Shown piece after piece: positions 16,702 through 26,999 of a stretch of DNA of 64,000 bases; positions within the stretch are counted from its first letter, which is position 1, and each line of letters starts with the position of its first letter. The translations under genes and the position numbers were made by a program. The stretch lies in the NCBI GenBank assembly GCA_035764245.1, contig DASTZP010000004.1:54171-118170 (forward strand), given 5' to 3'. This DNA comes from Solirubrobacterales bacterium (GTDB lineage Bacteria; Actinomycetota; Thermoleophilia; Solirubrobacterales; 70-9). The notes beneath the pieces are model-generated. The model searched no databases. It saw only the letters and a list, made by a program, of their open reading frames with translations, and was not told the DNA's origin.

Positions 16702-17913
16702 ATGGGCCGCCAGAGCTACGACGCGGTCGTCGTCGGCGCCCGCGTCGCCGGGACGCCGGTGGCGGCGCGGTTGGCGGAGCAGGGCTGGAAGGTCCTGCTC
16801 CTCGACCGCGAGCCGCCGCCCGCCGACACCCTCTCGACCCACACCCTGTTCCCGAACACGCTGGCGCGGCTGGCGGAGCTCGGGGCGCTGGAGCGGATCG
16901 AACGGGAGCACCGCGTCAACCTGGTCGAGTACGCGATCCGCACCCTCGGCTACGAGGTGGCGGGGGCCTTCACCCCGGTCGGCGGCTTCGACCGGATGGC
17001 AGCGATCACCCGGCCGGTCCTCGACCCGGCGCTGCTGGAGGTGGCGGTCGACGCTGGCGCCGAGACCCGCTTCGGCGAGAAGGTGACCGGCCTACTCGGC
17101 AGCGGCACCGCCGAGGACCCGGCGCGCGGCGTCGTCCTCGAGAGCGGCGAGGAGATCGCGGCGCGCTGGGTGCTCGGCGCCGACGGTCGCGTCTCCACCG
17201 TCGCCCGGCTGCTCGGGCTCGAGAAGGAGTACCCGCTGGCCGGCGAGATGGCCTTCATGTTCGGCTACTGGCGTGGGCTGCCGCCGACCGACCAGTTCAA
17301 AATCGACGTGATCGAGGAGGGCTCGCTGGTCTGGACCCCCTGCGAGGACGACCTCTCGATGCTGATCCTCGGCGTCGACCCGGCGGCGACCCGCGGGGGC
17401 CCGGCCGAGAAGCAGCGGACCTTCGTCGAGACCCTGCACCAGTACAGCGACTGGTTCGACCCGGCGTGGCTGGAGCGGGGCGAGCAGGTCGGCGGCATCC
17501 GCGTCGCCCCGGAGACGATGCTGCGCGGCTTCTTCCGCCAGGGCACCGGCCCGGGCTGGGCGCTGATCGGCGACGCCGGCCACTTCAAGAACCCCTCCAC
17601 CGCGCAGGGGATCTCCGACGCGATCGAGCAGTCCCTCCACGTCGCCGCCGAACTGACCGGCCCGCAGGAGAGCCTCGCCGGCTACGAGGCCTGGCGCGCC
17701 GACCGGGCCCGCGAGCACTACGAGTGGTCCTTCGACTTCGCCCGCTTCGCCAAGCCGGAGACCTCCGCCCCGATCTTCGCCGGCCTCGTCGAGGACCCCG
17801 GTGCGGGCCAGAACCTCCGCGACGCCCTAAGTCGTCAGCTGCGGCCGAAAAGCGACGTCTTCACCAAGGAGCGCCTGGGGAAGTGGTTCTCGGCGGTGCC
17901 GAGCGGGCGTTAG
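16702..17913 (+). CDS. FAD-dependent oxidoreductase/monooxygenase
   Basis: Internal ATG (codon 262 of track ORF 15919..17913). YDAVVVGARVAGTPVAARLAEQGWKVLLLDRE is a Rossmann GxGxxG-type dinucleotide fold. Late GDAGHFKNPSTAQGISDA motif. Confidence 0.8.
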   Translation: MGRQSYDAVVVGARVAGTPVAARLAEQGWKVLLLDREPPPADTLSTHTLFPNTLARLAELGALERIEREHRVNLVEYAIRTLGYEVAGAFTPVGGFDRMAAITRPVLDPALLEVAVDAGAETRFGEKVTGLLGSGTAEDPARGVVLESGEEIAARWVLGADGRVSTVARLLGLEKEYPLAGEMAFMFGYWRGLPPTDQFKIDVIEEGSLVWTPCEDDLSMLILGVDPAATRGGPAEKQRTFVETLHQYSDWFDPAWLERGEQVGGIRVAPETMLRGFFRQGTGPGWALIGDAGHFKNPSTAQGISDAIEQSLHVAAELTGPQESLAGYEAWRADRAREHYEWSFDFARFAKPETSAPIFAGLVEDPGAGQNLRDALSRQLRPKSDVFTKERLGKWFSAVPSGR

Positions 17914-17925
17914 AAGAGAATGCAT

Positions 17926-17953
17926 TTAGACGATTAATCGTTTAATCGTCTAA
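17926..17953. promoter_or_regulatory. perfect 12-bp AT-rich inverted repeat between the oxidoreductase stop and the fic start
   Basis: ttagacgattaa-tcgt-ttaatcgtctaa. It starts 13 nt after the TAG at 17911-13 and ends 10 nt before the fic ATG at 17963. It could act as terminator, operator, or both. Confidence 0.4.
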
Positions 17954-17962
17954 TCTGAGGCG

Positions 17963-19051
17963 ATGATCTTCCGCCTCCCCCGCCTGAGCAAACAGCTACT
18001 GGACCGACTCAGCGAGCTCGAGGAACTGCGTCGGACTCTCGATCGAGGGGTGCAGACCCGCAGCCGCTGGATGGGATCGCTGCGGCGTCAGGTCAGAGCC
18101 ACCTCGGTTGAAAGCTCGACCTCGATCGAGGGTTTCAGCGTCTCTCCCGAGGAAGCTTTGGCTCTCACCAGCGGTCGCTTGACGGCCGAGCCGGCCGACC
18201 AAGACCGGCAGGCGGTCTCCTGCTACTCGCGGGCGATGGACCACGTCGGCGCCCTGGCGATCGACCCCGGGTTCCGGTGGCTCGACCGGGTCATCCTCGA
18301 TCTTCACTTCGACGCGTGCTCTTTCCAGCGGGACAAGGATCCCGGCCTCTGGAGGACCGGCCCGATCGGCGTCACCGGGACCGACGGCTCGCTCGAGTAC
18401 ACCGGCCCCGACGCGCCTGACGTGCCCGGGCTGATGGACGAGGTGGTGAGCTGGCTGGCGGACGGCGACCTCGATGCGGACGTCTTCGTGCGGGCGGCGC
18501 TGGCGCACCTCAACGTCATCTCGGTCCATCCCTTTCGCGACGGCAACGGTCGCATCGCCCGCATCGTCCAGTCGTTGGTCCTGGCTCGCGGAGGTCTCGG
18601 ATCGCCGGAGCTCTTCTCGATCGAGGAATACCTTCGCGATCACACCGGCGAGTACTACGCCGCCCTGCGCGAGACCCAAGGTGGCAGCTACCAGCCGGAG
18701 CGCGACGCATCGGGCTGGATCGGGTTCTGCCTCGACGCCCACGTCGCCCAGGCGCGGCGGCGGGTCACCCAGGTCGAGCAGGCGGCGGCTCGCTGGCAGC
18801 GTCTTGAAGACTTGGTCTCGGGTCGGGGCTGGCCCGAACGGATGGTGATCGCACTGGAGCAGAGCCTCCTCGGCGGGACGGAGCGGAGCCGCTACGCGGA
18901 GGAGGCTGACGTCTCCCCCGCTACCGCCAGCGCCGATCTCCGCCGTCTTCTCGACGCCGGCCTCGTCGAGCAGCGCGGGCGCGGCCGCAGCAGCTCCTAC
19001 GAGGCGAGCGCCGAGCTGCGGAGCGCCGTCACTCCGGCCGCCGCGGCCTGA
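17963..19051 (+). CDS. Fic family protein (AMPylase-type), class II-like with N-terminal inhibitory motif and C-terminal wHTH-like tail
   Basis: Fic motif [15 protein letters not shown]-terminal S-x3-E-G (STSIEG) matches the (S/T)xxxE(G/N) inhibitory helix. The 3' end overlaps the convergent copA-type gene by 23 nt. Confidence 0.9.
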   Translation: MIFRLPRLSKQLLDRLSELEELRRTLDRGVQTRSRWMGSLRRQVRATSVESSTSIEGFSVSPEEALALTSGRLTAEPADQDRQAVSCYSRAMDHVGALAIDPGFRWLDRVILDLHFDACSFQRDKDPGLWRTGPIGVTGTDGSLEYTGPDAPDVPGLMDEVVSWLADGDLDADVFVRAALAHLNVISVHPFRDGNGRIARIVQSLVLARGGLGSPELFSIEEYLRDHTGEYYAALRETQGGSYQPERDASGWIGFCLDAHVAQARRRVTQVEQAAARWQRLEDLVSGRGWPERMVIALEQSLLGGTERSRYAEEADVSPATASADLRRLLDAGLVEQRGRGRSSSYEASAELRSAVTPAAAA

Positions 19052-21266
19052 ACCCGCGCAGCCGCAGCGAGTTCGTCACCACGAAGACGCTGGAGAAGGC
19101 CATCGCAGCGCCGGCGACGATCGGGTTGAGGAAGCCGGCGGCGGCGAGGGGCAGGGCGGCGACGTTGTAGGCGAAGGCCCAGAAGAGGTTGCCCTTGATC
19201 GTCGCCAGGGTGCGGCGGGAGAGGCGGATCGCATCGGCGACGGCGCGGGGGTCGCCGGAGATCAAGGTGATGTCGGAGGCCTCGATCGCGACGTCGGTGC
19301 CGGTGCCGATCGCGAGGCCGAGGTCGGCCTGGGCGAGCGCCGGGGCGTCGTTGACGCCGTCGCCGACCATCGCCACCGTCCGCCCTTCGCCCTGCAGGCG
19401 CTCGACCACCGCCGCCTTGTCGGCCGGCAGGACTTCGGCGATCACCTCGTCGATCCCGATCTCGGCGGCGACCGCCTTCGCGGTCGCCTCGTTGTCGCCG
19501 GTCAGCAGGACCGGCCGCAGCTCCAGCTCCCGCAATGCGTCGATCGCCTCGCGACTGGTCGGCTTGACGGTGTCGGCGACGACGACGAGGCCACGGACCT
19601 CGCCGTCCCACTCGACGGCGATCACGGTCTCGGCCTGTCGAGTTTGTGAACCAGGAGGCGACAAACTCGACATCGCGGCGGCGGAGGCGCGACCGACGGT
19701 GACGGTCCGGCCGCCGACCTCCCCCCGCACGCCGACGCCGGCCTCGCTCGCGAACTCGTGGACCGCGGGCAGCAGCGTGAACTGTTCCTTGGCGCGGGCG
19801 GCGATCGCCTGGGCGATCGGGTGCTCGGAGGCGTCCTCGACCGCGCCGGCCAGGCGCAGCACCTCGGCCTCGTCCTCGCCGGGAGCGGCGTGGACGGCGA
19901 CCACCGCCATCTCGCCGCTGGTCACGGTGCCGGTCTTGTCAAGGACCACCGTGTCGATCCGGCGCGTCGACTCCAGCACCTCCGGCCCCTTGATCAGCAG
20001 CCCCAGCTGGGCGCCGCGGCCGGTCCCGACCAGGAGCGCCGTCGGCGTCGCCAGGCCGAGGGCGCAGGGGCAGGCGATGATCAGAACCGCGACCGCGGCG
20101 GTGAAGGCGAAGGTGGCGCCGGCGCCGTTGCCGAGCCAGAAGCCGAGGGTCGCCACCGCCAGCGCGATCACGACCGGGACGAAGACGGCGCTGACCCGGT
20201 CGGCGAGCCGCTCCACCGGCGCCTTCCCGGACTGCGCCTCGGTGACGAGGCGGGCGATCTGGGCCAGCGCGGTGTCCTCGCCGACCCGGGTCGCGCGGAC
20301 GACGAGGCGGCCGCCGACGTTGATCGTCGCCCCGACCACCTCGTCCCCAGGACCGACCTCGACCGGGACCGGCTCGCCGGTCACCAGCGACTGGTCGACC
20401 GCCGAGGAGCCGTCCTCGACGACGCCGTCGGTCGCCACCTTCTCGCCGGGGCGGACGACGAAGCGGTCGCCGGCCGCGAGCTCCTCCACCGGCAACCGCC
20501 GCTCGCCGCCGTCCGGGTCGAGCACGGCGACGTCCTTGGCCCCGAGGTCGAGCAGCGCCTCCAGCGCCGCCCCGGCACGGCGCTTCGCCCGCGCCTCGAA
20601 GTAGCGGCCGGCGAGGATGAAGGTGGTGACCACGGCGGCGACCTCGAGGTAGATCTCGTCGGCGCCGCCGCCGCGCTCGGGGACGAGGTCGAAGGGCATC
20701 TTCATCCCGTTCATCCCGGCGTCCCCGACGAACAGCGCATAAAGCGACCAGCCGAGGGCGGCGAGGGTCCCGATCGAGATCAGGGTGTCCATCGTCACCG
20801 CGCCGTGGCGCAGGTTCTGCCAGGCGGCCCGGTGGAAGGGCCATCCGGCCCAGAGCACGACCGGCACCGCCAGTTGCAGCGAGAGCCACTGCCAGTTCTC
20901 GAACTGCAGCGCCTCGACCATCGAGAGCAGCAGCACCGGCAGCGAGAGCACGGCGGCGAAGACCAGCCGCCGCCGCAGGTCGGCGGTCGGGTCCGGCTCC
21001 TCCGCCCCGTCCTCCCCCTCGGGGGCGGCCGAGGGCAGGGTCGCCCAGTAGCCGACGCTCTCCACCGCCCCGACCAGCTCCTCGGGCTCGACCAGGGCGG
21101 GATCGAAGTTGACGCTGGCCCGCTCGGTGGCGAAGTTGACGCTCGCCTCCACCCCCTCGATCCGGTTCAGGCTCTTCTCGACCCGGCCGGCGCACGAGGA
21201 GCAGGTCATCCCCTCGATCGGGAACTCGAGCCGCTCCTCGCGCCCGTCCTTCACCGCCTGGCTCAT
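19029..21266 (-). CDS. copA: copper-translocating P1B-type ATPase
   Basis: N-terminal [20 protein letters not shown] motif [10 protein letters not shown], phosphorylation site DKTGTVT, and hinge [10 protein letters not shown]. Confidence 0.9.
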   Translation of the reverse strand: MSQAVKDGREERLEFPIEGMTCSSCAGRVEKSLNRIEGVEASVNFATERASVNFDPALVEPEELVGAVESVGYWATLPSAAPEGEDGAEEPDPTADLRRRLVFAAVLSLPVLLLSMVEALQFENWQWLSLQLAVPVVLWAGWPFHRAAWQNLRHGAVTMDTLISIGTLAALGWSLYALFVGDAGMNGMKMPFDLVPERGGGADEIYLEVAAVVTTFILAGRYFEARAKRRAGAALEALLDLGAKDVAVLDPDGGERRLPVEELAAGDRFVVRPGEKVATDGVVEDGSSAVDQSLVTGEPVPVEVGPGDEVVGATINVGGRLVVRATRVGEDTALAQIARLVTEAQSGKAPVERLADRVSAVFVPVVIALAVATLGFWLGNGAGATFAFTAAVAVLIIACPCALGLATPTALLVGTGRGAQLGLLIKGPEVLESTRRIDTVVLDKTGTVTSGEMAVVAVHAAPGEDEAEVLRLAGAVEDASEHPIAQAIAARAKEQFTLLPAVHEFASEAGVGVRGEVGGRTVTVGRASAAAMSSLSPPGSQTRQAETVIAVEWDGEVRGLVVVADTVKPTSREAIDALRELELRPVLLTGDNEATAKAVAAEIGIDEVIAEVLPADKAAVVERLQGEGRTVAMVGDGVNDAPALAQADLGLAIGTGTDVAIEASDITLISGDPRAVADAIRLSRRTLATIKGNLFWAFAYNVAALPLAAAGFLNPIVAGAAMAFSSVFVVTNSLRLRGFRPRRPE

Positions 21267-22144
21267 CGCGGCACCACCACCGTGAACTCGGCCGTCCGCA
21301 CGACGTCGTCGTGCCGGAACTGCAGGTAGAGGCGGTAGCGCCCGGCGGTCGGGAACTCGGCCTCGAAGACGATCTCGTTCGGGGCGCCGTGCTCCTCCTC
21401 GGGGTGGACGTGGAGGAAGGCGAGGTCGCCCTCGCGCAGGGCGACGAGGTGGCCGTCGGCCCCGAGGTAGGGCTGCAGCCCCTCAACCGGGCGGCCGTCC
21501 CTGCTCACCGCGAACTCGAGCGCGGTCGGCTCGCCGGCGACCGGCTCCCCGGTCGCGAGCTCGACCTCGTAGCCGTCGGTCTCGTCGACCGGCCGCGGCG
21601 CCGGGAACGGCCGCGCCTCGAACTCGCCACCGGAGACGAAGAGGTCCGCGGCCAGGGTCCGCTGCTCGCCCCCGACCGAGAAGTCGGCGAAGACCCGGTA
21701 GACCCCGGCCTCCGCGAAGGCGATCGGCACGCTCCAGCTCCCGGCGGCGTCCATCTCCGGGTGCAGGTGGCGGAACCCGGTGCCGTCGCGGCGGACGACG
21801 ATCAGGTGCATGCGCCGCTCGTGCAGCTCGTCGAACCCGGTCACGGGCTCCCCCCCGGACTCGATCGAGAACCGCAGCTGGCGCTCCTCCCCCCGCTCCA
21901 GTTGCTTCGGGTGGAGCCGCAGCGTGTAGCCGTCGGCCGAGACCCCCAGCCCGGCGGGCTCATGGGTTGCCATCGCGGTCGTCTCGTCGGTGCCGTGCGC
22001 GTCCATGGTCTCCTCCATCTCGCTGCTCTCGCTCTTCGTCTCGACCGGGTCGACAGCCGCTCCGACCGCGACCGAGGCGGCGAACAGAGCGGCGAGACCG
22101 ACGAGGAAGAGACCGATCTTCAAATAGGGACGGGGGGTATTCAT
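21263..22144 (-). CDS. secreted His-rich protein of the copper module (two internal repeats)
   Basis: Internal ATG (codon 109 of track ORF 21263..22468). Signal-like [29 protein letters not shown]. Repeated blocks are [20 protein letters not shown]...YRVFADF and [21 protein letters not shown]...YRLYLQF. There is a 4-nt overlap with copA. Confidence 0.65.
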   Translation of the reverse strand: MNTPRPYLKIGLFLVGLAALFAASVAVGAAVDPVETKSESSEMEETMDAHGTDETTAMATHEPAGLGVSADGYTLRLHPKQLERGEERQLRFSIESGGEPVTGFDELHERRMHLIVVRRDGTGFRHLHPEMDAAGSWSVPIAFAEAGVYRVFADFSVGGEQRTLAADLFVSGGEFEARPFPAPRPVDETDGYEVELATGEPVAGEPTALEFAVSRDGRPVEGLQPYLGADGHLVALREGDLAFLHVHPEEEHGAPNEIVFEAEFPTAGRYRLYLQFRHDDVVRTAEFTVVVPR

Positions 22145-22160
22145 GCGATCACTGTAACAC

Positions 22161-22177
22161 ATACCCAGAGGGGGTAT
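22161..22177. promoter_or_regulatory. CsoR-type operator
   Basis: atacccagagggggtat has the form ATACCC-N5-GGGTAT, a GC-core pseudopalindrome of the kind bound by CsoR repressors. It lies 17-33 nt upstream of the copper operon start (22144) in the divergent region shared with csoR. Confidence 0.55.
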
Positions 22178-22186
22178 ACTCCCTCC

Positions 22187-22233
22187 CGGCGTTCGTCCTT
22201 TCATGCGGATATCCGCGGAAAGGACGAACGCCG
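22187..22233. repeat. 47-nt nested near-perfect palindrome in the csoR / copper-operon intergenic region
   Basis: The 16-bp arms are cggcgttcgtcctttc and gaaaggacgaacgccg. They enclose an inner palindrome gcggat|atccgc. The structure ends 29 nt upstream of the csoR ATG. Confidence 0.6.
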
Positions 22234-22261
22234 CCCTCAATTGGCACCGAAAGGAACAGAG

Positions 22262-22558
22262 ATGGCGCAAACGCCCAGCGACCCCGGCTACATCGACAAC
22301 AAGGAGAAGGTGAAGAACCGGCTGCGCCGGATCAGCGGCCAGATCGGCGGCATCGAGCGGATGGTCGACGAGGAGCGCTACTGCATCGACATCCTCACCC
22401 AGATCTCGGCCGTGCAGGCGGCGATCGACAAGGTCGCCCTCGCCCTCCTCGACGAACACACCCGCCACTGCGTGGTCGGCGCCGAGAGCCCCGAGGCGCG
22501 CGAGGCGAAGACCGAGGAGATGATGGAGGCGGTCGGCCGCCTGCTGAAGAGCCGCTGA
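22262..22558 (+). CDS. csoR: copper-sensing transcriptional repressor, CsoR family
   Basis: 98 aa. RLRRISGQIGGIERMVDEERYCIDILTQISAVQAAIDKVALALLDEHTRHC carries the C-H-C Cu(I) ligand pattern. Divergent from copA. Confidence 0.85.
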   Translation: MAQTPSDPGYIDNKEKVKNRLRRISGQIGGIERMVDEERYCIDILTQISAVQAAIDKVALALLDEHTRHCVVGAESPEAREAKTEEMMEAVGRLLKSR

Positions 22559-22578
22559 GACCTGCGAGCCTGCCGTCG

Positions 22579-23370
22579 ATGAGCGAGAGGCCCCCCAACC
22601 GGCTCGCCGCCGCGGTGCGCCGGTTCAACCGCGACCCGCGGCTGGTCGGGTTCGCGCGGCGGGCGCGCGAGCGCACCCTCGGCGACGACGAGCGCATCGA
22701 CCACCTCTCCACCGCCCGCGGCCGCCCCTCCGACCTTGCTGCCCGCCAGCTCGTCGAGCTGCGCGGCGAGGAGCCGGGCTTCGCCGGCGAGCTCGGCCTG
22801 ACGGCGCTGCAGGCGTGGCAGCGGCTCGCCGAGTCCCAGGACCGCGGCCGCGGCAAGGTCGACGTCGCGATCCTCTTCACCGACCTGGTCGGCTTCTCAA
22901 GCTGGGCGCTCCGCGCCGGCGACGCCGCGTCCGTGCAGTTGCTGCGCGAGGTCGGCGCGGCGATCGAGCCGCCGGTGCTGGAGCGGCAGGGAGAGGTGGT
23001 GAAGCGGCTCGGCGACGGACTGATGGCAGCCTTCTGGAGCGCCCCGGACGCGGTCGAGGCCGCCTTCGCGGCGAGCGAGCGGGTGGCGCCGATCGAGGTC
23101 GACGGCTACCGCCCCGTGCTGCGAACCGGCATCCACCTCGGCCGCCCCCGCAAGCTCGGCGGCGACTACTTCGGCGTCGACGTCAACGTCGCCGCCCGCC
23201 TCGCCGAGGCAGCGAAGCCGGGCGAGGTCCTGGTCTCCGACCGCGCCCTCGAGCAGCTCGCCCCCGGCACCGCCGAGGCGAGGCGCCGGCGCTTCAGCGC
23301 CAAGGGCGCCCCGAAGGACCTCGACGTCTACGCCGTCCGGCGCAGCCAGGCGCCACGGTCGATCGAGTAG
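22579..23370 (+). CDS. class III adenylate/guanylate cyclase domain protein
   Basis: Internal ATG of track ORF 21967..23370. Motifs are VAILFTDLVGFSS, VKRLGDGLMAAF and GDYFGVDVNVAARLAE. Confidence 0.8.
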   Translation: MSERPPNRLAAAVRRFNRDPRLVGFARRARERTLGDDERIDHLSTARGRPSDLAARQLVELRGEEPGFAGELGLTALQAWQRLAESQDRGRGKVDVAILFTDLVGFSSWALRAGDAASVQLLREVGAAIEPPVLERQGEVVKRLGDGLMAAFWSAPDAVEAAFAASERVAPIEVDGYRPVLRTGIHLGRPRKLGGDYFGVDVNVAARLAEAAKPGEVLVSDRALEQLAPGTAEARRRRFSAKGAPKDLDVYAVRRSQAPRSIE

Positions 23371-23843
23371 ACGACGACCGCGTCGCCCTGCAGCTCGTCG
23401 TCGCGCAGCGGCGCCATCCCGAGCCGCTCGGCGACGGCGGTCGAGGCGCTGTTGTCCGGCCGGATCATCGCCGTCACGTAGGCCGGGTCGAATTCCTCGA
23501 AGCCCCAGTCGAGCACAGCTCTCGCGGCCTCGGTCGCGAAGCCCTGGCCGCGGGCCTCCGGGCGCAGCACCCACCCCAGCTCGGTCTCGCCGAACTCGGG
23601 CCAGTATTTGAGGCCGGTACGGCCGAGGAAGCGACCTGAGGTGGCGTCGAGGATGGCGACGAAACCGTGCCCGCGCTCGGACCATTCCTCATGGCCGACA
23701 CCGACCCGCCACTCGTACCAGTCGCGGTCCCGCGCCCCCATGTAGCGGGCGACCAGCGGGTCGTCGTGGAGGCGGACCAGCTCCTCGACGTCGCCCACCT
23801 CGACCGGCCGCAGGCGCAGGCGCTCAGTCTCGAGCGAGAACAT
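23328..23843 (-). CDS. GNAT family N-acetyltransferase (RimJ/RimL-like)
   Basis: MFSLETERLRLRPVEVGDVEELVRLHDDP..., then GWVLRPEARGQGFATEAARAVLDWGF. The start is codon 23 of the track ORF. Confidence 0.8.
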   Translation of the reverse strand: MFSLETERLRLRPVEVGDVEELVRLHDDPLVARYMGARDRDWYEWRVGVGHEEWSERGHGFVAILDATSGRFLGRTGLKYWPEFGETELGWVLRPEARGQGFATEAARAVLDWGFEEFDPAYVTAMIRPDNSASTAVAERLGMAPLRDDELQGDAVVVYSIDRGAWLRRTA

Positions 23844-24549
23844 CGATCGCCTCCGGCAGCTCCGCGTGGTCGTCGAGGACGAATTCGGCCTCCGGGCCCG
23901 AGTCGGCATCGCCCTCGTCGTTCATCCCCCGGTAGCGGACGGTCTTCATCCCCAGCGCCGCGGCGCCGCTGACGTCGGTGCGCCGCAGGTCGCCGACATG
24001 GACCGCCTCCCCCGGCCCCGCCCGAAGCGCTCCCAGCGCCGCCTCGAAGATCTGCGGCGCCGGCTTGTAGTGGCCGACCTCGTCCGAGAAGCCCCAGCCG
24101 CCGAAGTACTTCAGCAGGCCCTCGGCTTCGAGCAGCTCCCGCAGCAGCTCACCGCCGCTGAAGCCGACGTCGCAGACGATGCCGAGGCGCAGCCCCCGCT
24201 CGCGCAGCGCCTCCAGGCAGGGACGGATCCCCGGCGCAAACTCCAGCTCCACCTCGCGCCCGGCGCCGAGAAACGCCTCCGCCACCATCTCCCGCGCCGC
24301 CCCCTCGACGCCGAGAGCGCGCACCAGCGTCTGCGCCGCCTCGCGCGGGGGCAAATGCCTGCCCTCCGCCCACGACCGCTCCCAGTGCAGCCCGACCTCC
24401 TCCAGGGCCTCGACCAGTAGCTCCGCCTCGACCTCGACGTCGTGGCTGGCACAGGCAGCCGCCACCCCGCGCTCGCGCGCCGCCGACATCGCCCCCGGCG
24501 GCACCGTCGCGATCGTGTTCCAGAAGTCGAAAGTGACGGCTTCGATCAT
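23824..24549 (-). CDS. HAD-superfamily hydrolase
   Basis: C-terminal 241 aa of track ORF 23824..26337. Motif I-like is VTFDFWNTI. Also LGIVCDVG, YKPAPQIFEAAL and HVGDLRRTDVSGAAALGM. Confidence 0.8.
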   Translation of the reverse strand: MIEAVTFDFWNTIATVPPGAMSAARERGVAAACASHDVEVEAELLVEALEEVGLHWERSWAEGRHLPPREAAQTLVRALGVEGAAREMVAEAFLGAGREVELEFAPGIRPCLEALRERGLRLGIVCDVGFSGGELLRELLEAEGLLKYFGGWGFSDEVGHYKPAPQIFEAALGALRAGPGEAVHVGDLRRTDVSGAAALGMKTVRYRGMNDEGDADSGPEAEFVLDDHAELPEAIDVLARD

Positions 24550-24630
24550 CCCCGCGACGTTATCGACCCCCGACCGCCGCCTCCCTCTCTGCTTCTGGAC
24601 GGGCCTGGCGACCGGGTGTACCTTCGTACG

Positions 24631-26721
24631 ATGTCGCACAAGGCTGCAGATCGGATTCGCAACGTCGCTCTGATCGGCCATCGCGGCAGCGGCAAGACGA
24701 GCCTGCACGAGGCGATGCTCTACGAGGCCGGGGCGATCCCCCGACTCGGCAGCGTCGAGGCCGGCTCGACGGTCTCCGACCACGCGCCCGACGAGCAGCG
24801 GCGGGGGCTCTCGATCGACGCCTCCGTCACCTGCTTCCAGCACGCCGACCGGGAGATCAACCTGATCGACACCCCCGGCGACCCCAGCTTCGTCGCCGAC
24901 GCCGCGGCGGCGCTGCGGGCGGCCGACTCCGCGGTCGTCGCCGTCAACGGCGTCGCCGGGGTCGAGGTCCAGACCGAACGGCTCTGGCAGCGCGCCGACG
25001 AGGAGGGGCTGGCCCGCCTCGTCTTCGTCAACATGCTCGACCGCGAGCGGGCGGACTTCTTCGCCGCCCTCGACTCGCTGAAGGCCGCCTTCGGCCCCCA
25101 CGTCGTCGCCACCGAGATCCCGATCGGCGCCGAGCATGAGATCCGCGGCGTCGTCGACCTGATCGACATGGAGGCGTTCGTCTACCCGGGCCCCGAGCGC
25201 GGCAGCGCCGAGCCGATGCCGATCCCCGACGAGCTCCTCCCCCGGGCCGAGGAGTACCGCGAGAAGCTGATGGACGAGGTCGCCGAGAACTCCGACGAGC
25301 TGATGGAGCGCTACCTCGAGGGCGAGGAGATCGCCCACGAGGAGATCGTCACCGCGCTCAAGCGCGGGGTCACCGAGGGCCACCTCTTCCCTGTCACCTG
25401 CGGCGTCGCGACCAGGAACCTGGGGACGAGCCGGCTGCTCGACGCGCTCGTCGAGGACCTGCCCTCGCCGGCGATGCGCGGCCCGCTGACGGCGCTCGAC
25501 GGCGACGGCGGGGAGGTTGAGGTCGCCCCCGACGAGGACGGCCCGCTCGTCGCCTACGTCTTCAAGACCACCGCCGACCCCTACGCGGGCCGGATCAACA
25601 TCTTCCGCGTCTACAGCGGCACGATCCGCTCCGACTCCCAGGCCGTCAACGTCAGCCGCCACCAGAAGGAGCGCATCGGGCCGATCGGCCAGCCGCTGGG
25701 AAAAGACCTGAGGCCGGTCTCCGACCTGGGGGCCGGCGACATCGGCGCGGTGGCGAAGCTGAAGGAGACGCGGGCCGGCGACGTCCTCTGCGACGAGCAG
25801 CGTGACCTCGCCGTCCCCCCGCTCGACCTGCCGGCGCCGGTGATGGCGTTCTCCTACGAGGCGAAGACGAAGGGAGACGAGGACAAGGCGGCGACGGCAG
25901 TGCGGCGGCTGAGCGAGGAGGACCCGACCCTCGACGTCCACCGCGACCCCCAGACCGGCGAGCAGATCATCGCCGGGCTCACCCAGGTCCACGTCGAAGT
26001 CCTGGTCGAGCGGATGAAGGAGCGCTTCGGCGCCGAGATCGAGCTGCACCCGCCGCGGGTCCCCTACCAGGAGACGATCCGCCGGCCCGCCTCCGCCCAA
26101 GCCCGCTACAAGAAGCAGACCGGCGGCAAAGGCCAGTTCGCCGACTGCACGATCGAGATCGAGCCGGGCGAGGACGGCGGCGGCCTCGAGTTCGTCAACC
26201 AGATCAAGGGGGCGGCGATACCCGGCGGCTTCATCCCGGCGGTCGAGAAGGGCGTCGCCGAAGCGATGCGGCACGGCACCGTCGCCGGCTACCCGGTCAA
26301 GGACGTCCGCGTCCGCCTGGTCGACGGCAAGCACCACGACACCGACTCCTCCGAGCTCGCCTTCAAACTGGCCGGCGCGATGGCCTTCAAGGAGGCGATG
26401 GCGGAGGCGGACCCGGCGCTACTGGAGCCGATCGTGAAGCTGACGATCAGCTGCCCCGACGAGGTCGTCGGCGACATCATCGGCGACCTCAACTCCCGCC
26501 GCGGCCACCCCCTCGGGATGGAGGCAAAAGGGTCCCTGACCGAGGTCCGCGCCGAGGTGCCGATGGCCGAGGTGCTCGACTTCGCCCCCGACCTACGCTC
26601 GATCAGCGGCGGCCGCGCCGACTTCACGATGGAGTTCGAGCGCTACGAAGAGGTCCCGGCCCACCTGGCCGAGAAGGTGATCGCGACGGCAGGCGGAGCG
26701 GCGGTCGGCGCCCCAACCTAA
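24631..26721 (+). CDS. elongation factor G-like translational GTPase (EF-G paralogue)
   Basis: Internal ATG (codon 64 of the track ORF). G1 is GHRGSGKTSL, G3 is DTPGDPSF and G4 is NMLD. The EF-G domain II-V flavour continues to the C-terminus. Confidence 0.85.
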   Translation: MSHKAADRIRNVALIGHRGSGKTSLHEAMLYEAGAIPRLGSVEAGSTVSDHAPDEQRRGLSIDASVTCFQHADREINLIDTPGDPSFVADAAAALRAADSAVVAVNGVAGVEVQTERLWQRADEEGLARLVFVNMLDRERADFFAALDSLKAAFGPHVVATEIPIGAEHEIRGVVDLIDMEAFVYPGPERGSAEPMPIPDELLPRAEEYREKLMDEVAENSDELMERYLEGEEIAHEEIVTALKRGVTEGHLFPVTCGVATRNLGTSRLLDALVEDLPSPAMRGPLTALDGDGGEVEVAPDEDGPLVAYVFKTTADPYAGRINIFRVYSGTIRSDSQAVNVSRHQKERIGPIGQPLGKDLRPVSDLGAGDIGAVAKLKETRAGDVLCDEQRDLAVPPLDLPAPVMAFSYEAKTKGDEDKAATAVRRLSEEDPTLDVHRDPQTGEQIIAGLTQVHVEVLVERMKERFGAEIELHPPRVPYQETIRRPASAQARYKKQTGGKGQFADCTIEIEPGEDGGGLEFVNQIKGAAIPGGFIPAVEKGVAEAMRHGTVAGYPVKDVRVRLVDGKHHDTDSSELAFKLAGAMAFKEAMAEADPALLEPIVKLTISCPDEVVGDIIGDLNSRRGHPLGMEAKGSLTEVRAEVPMAEVLDFAPDLRSISGGRADFTMEFERYEEVPAHLAEKVIATAGGAAVGAPT

Positions 26722-26999
26722 TCCCGCTTGTGCCGGTTCCTTTTCCACTCATATATGTCCTCGAGGTTGTAGAGGTAAACGAGGGGAACACCGAGTGCCT
26801 TGGCCAGACGCTCGACCGTGCTGCGGGTGGGGTTCCCTCTTCCCTGCTCGAGTTCAGAGATATGGGTGGCGTGCAGGCCGCTTCTATGGGCCACTTCGTC
26901 CTGGGACATCTTCGCGGTGACCCGGAAGAACCTGACCGCTTCCCCAAAAGAGGGGCTTGGAATTTCTAGAGATGAACTCAAAATTACCGGAGCGCGCAT
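26718..26999 (-). CDS. XRE-family helix-turn-helix regulator
   Basis: FGEAVRFFRVTAKMSQDEVAHRSGLHATHISELEQGRGNPTRSTVERLAKALGV. Lies in a visibly lower-GC stretch. The start MRAPVILSS is chosen inside track ORF 26718..27233. Confidence 0.7.
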   Translation of the reverse strand: MRAPVILSSSLEIPSPSFGEAVRFFRVTAKMSQDEVAHRSGLHATHISELEQGRGNPTRSTVERLAKALGVPLVYLYNLEDIYEWKRNRHKRD

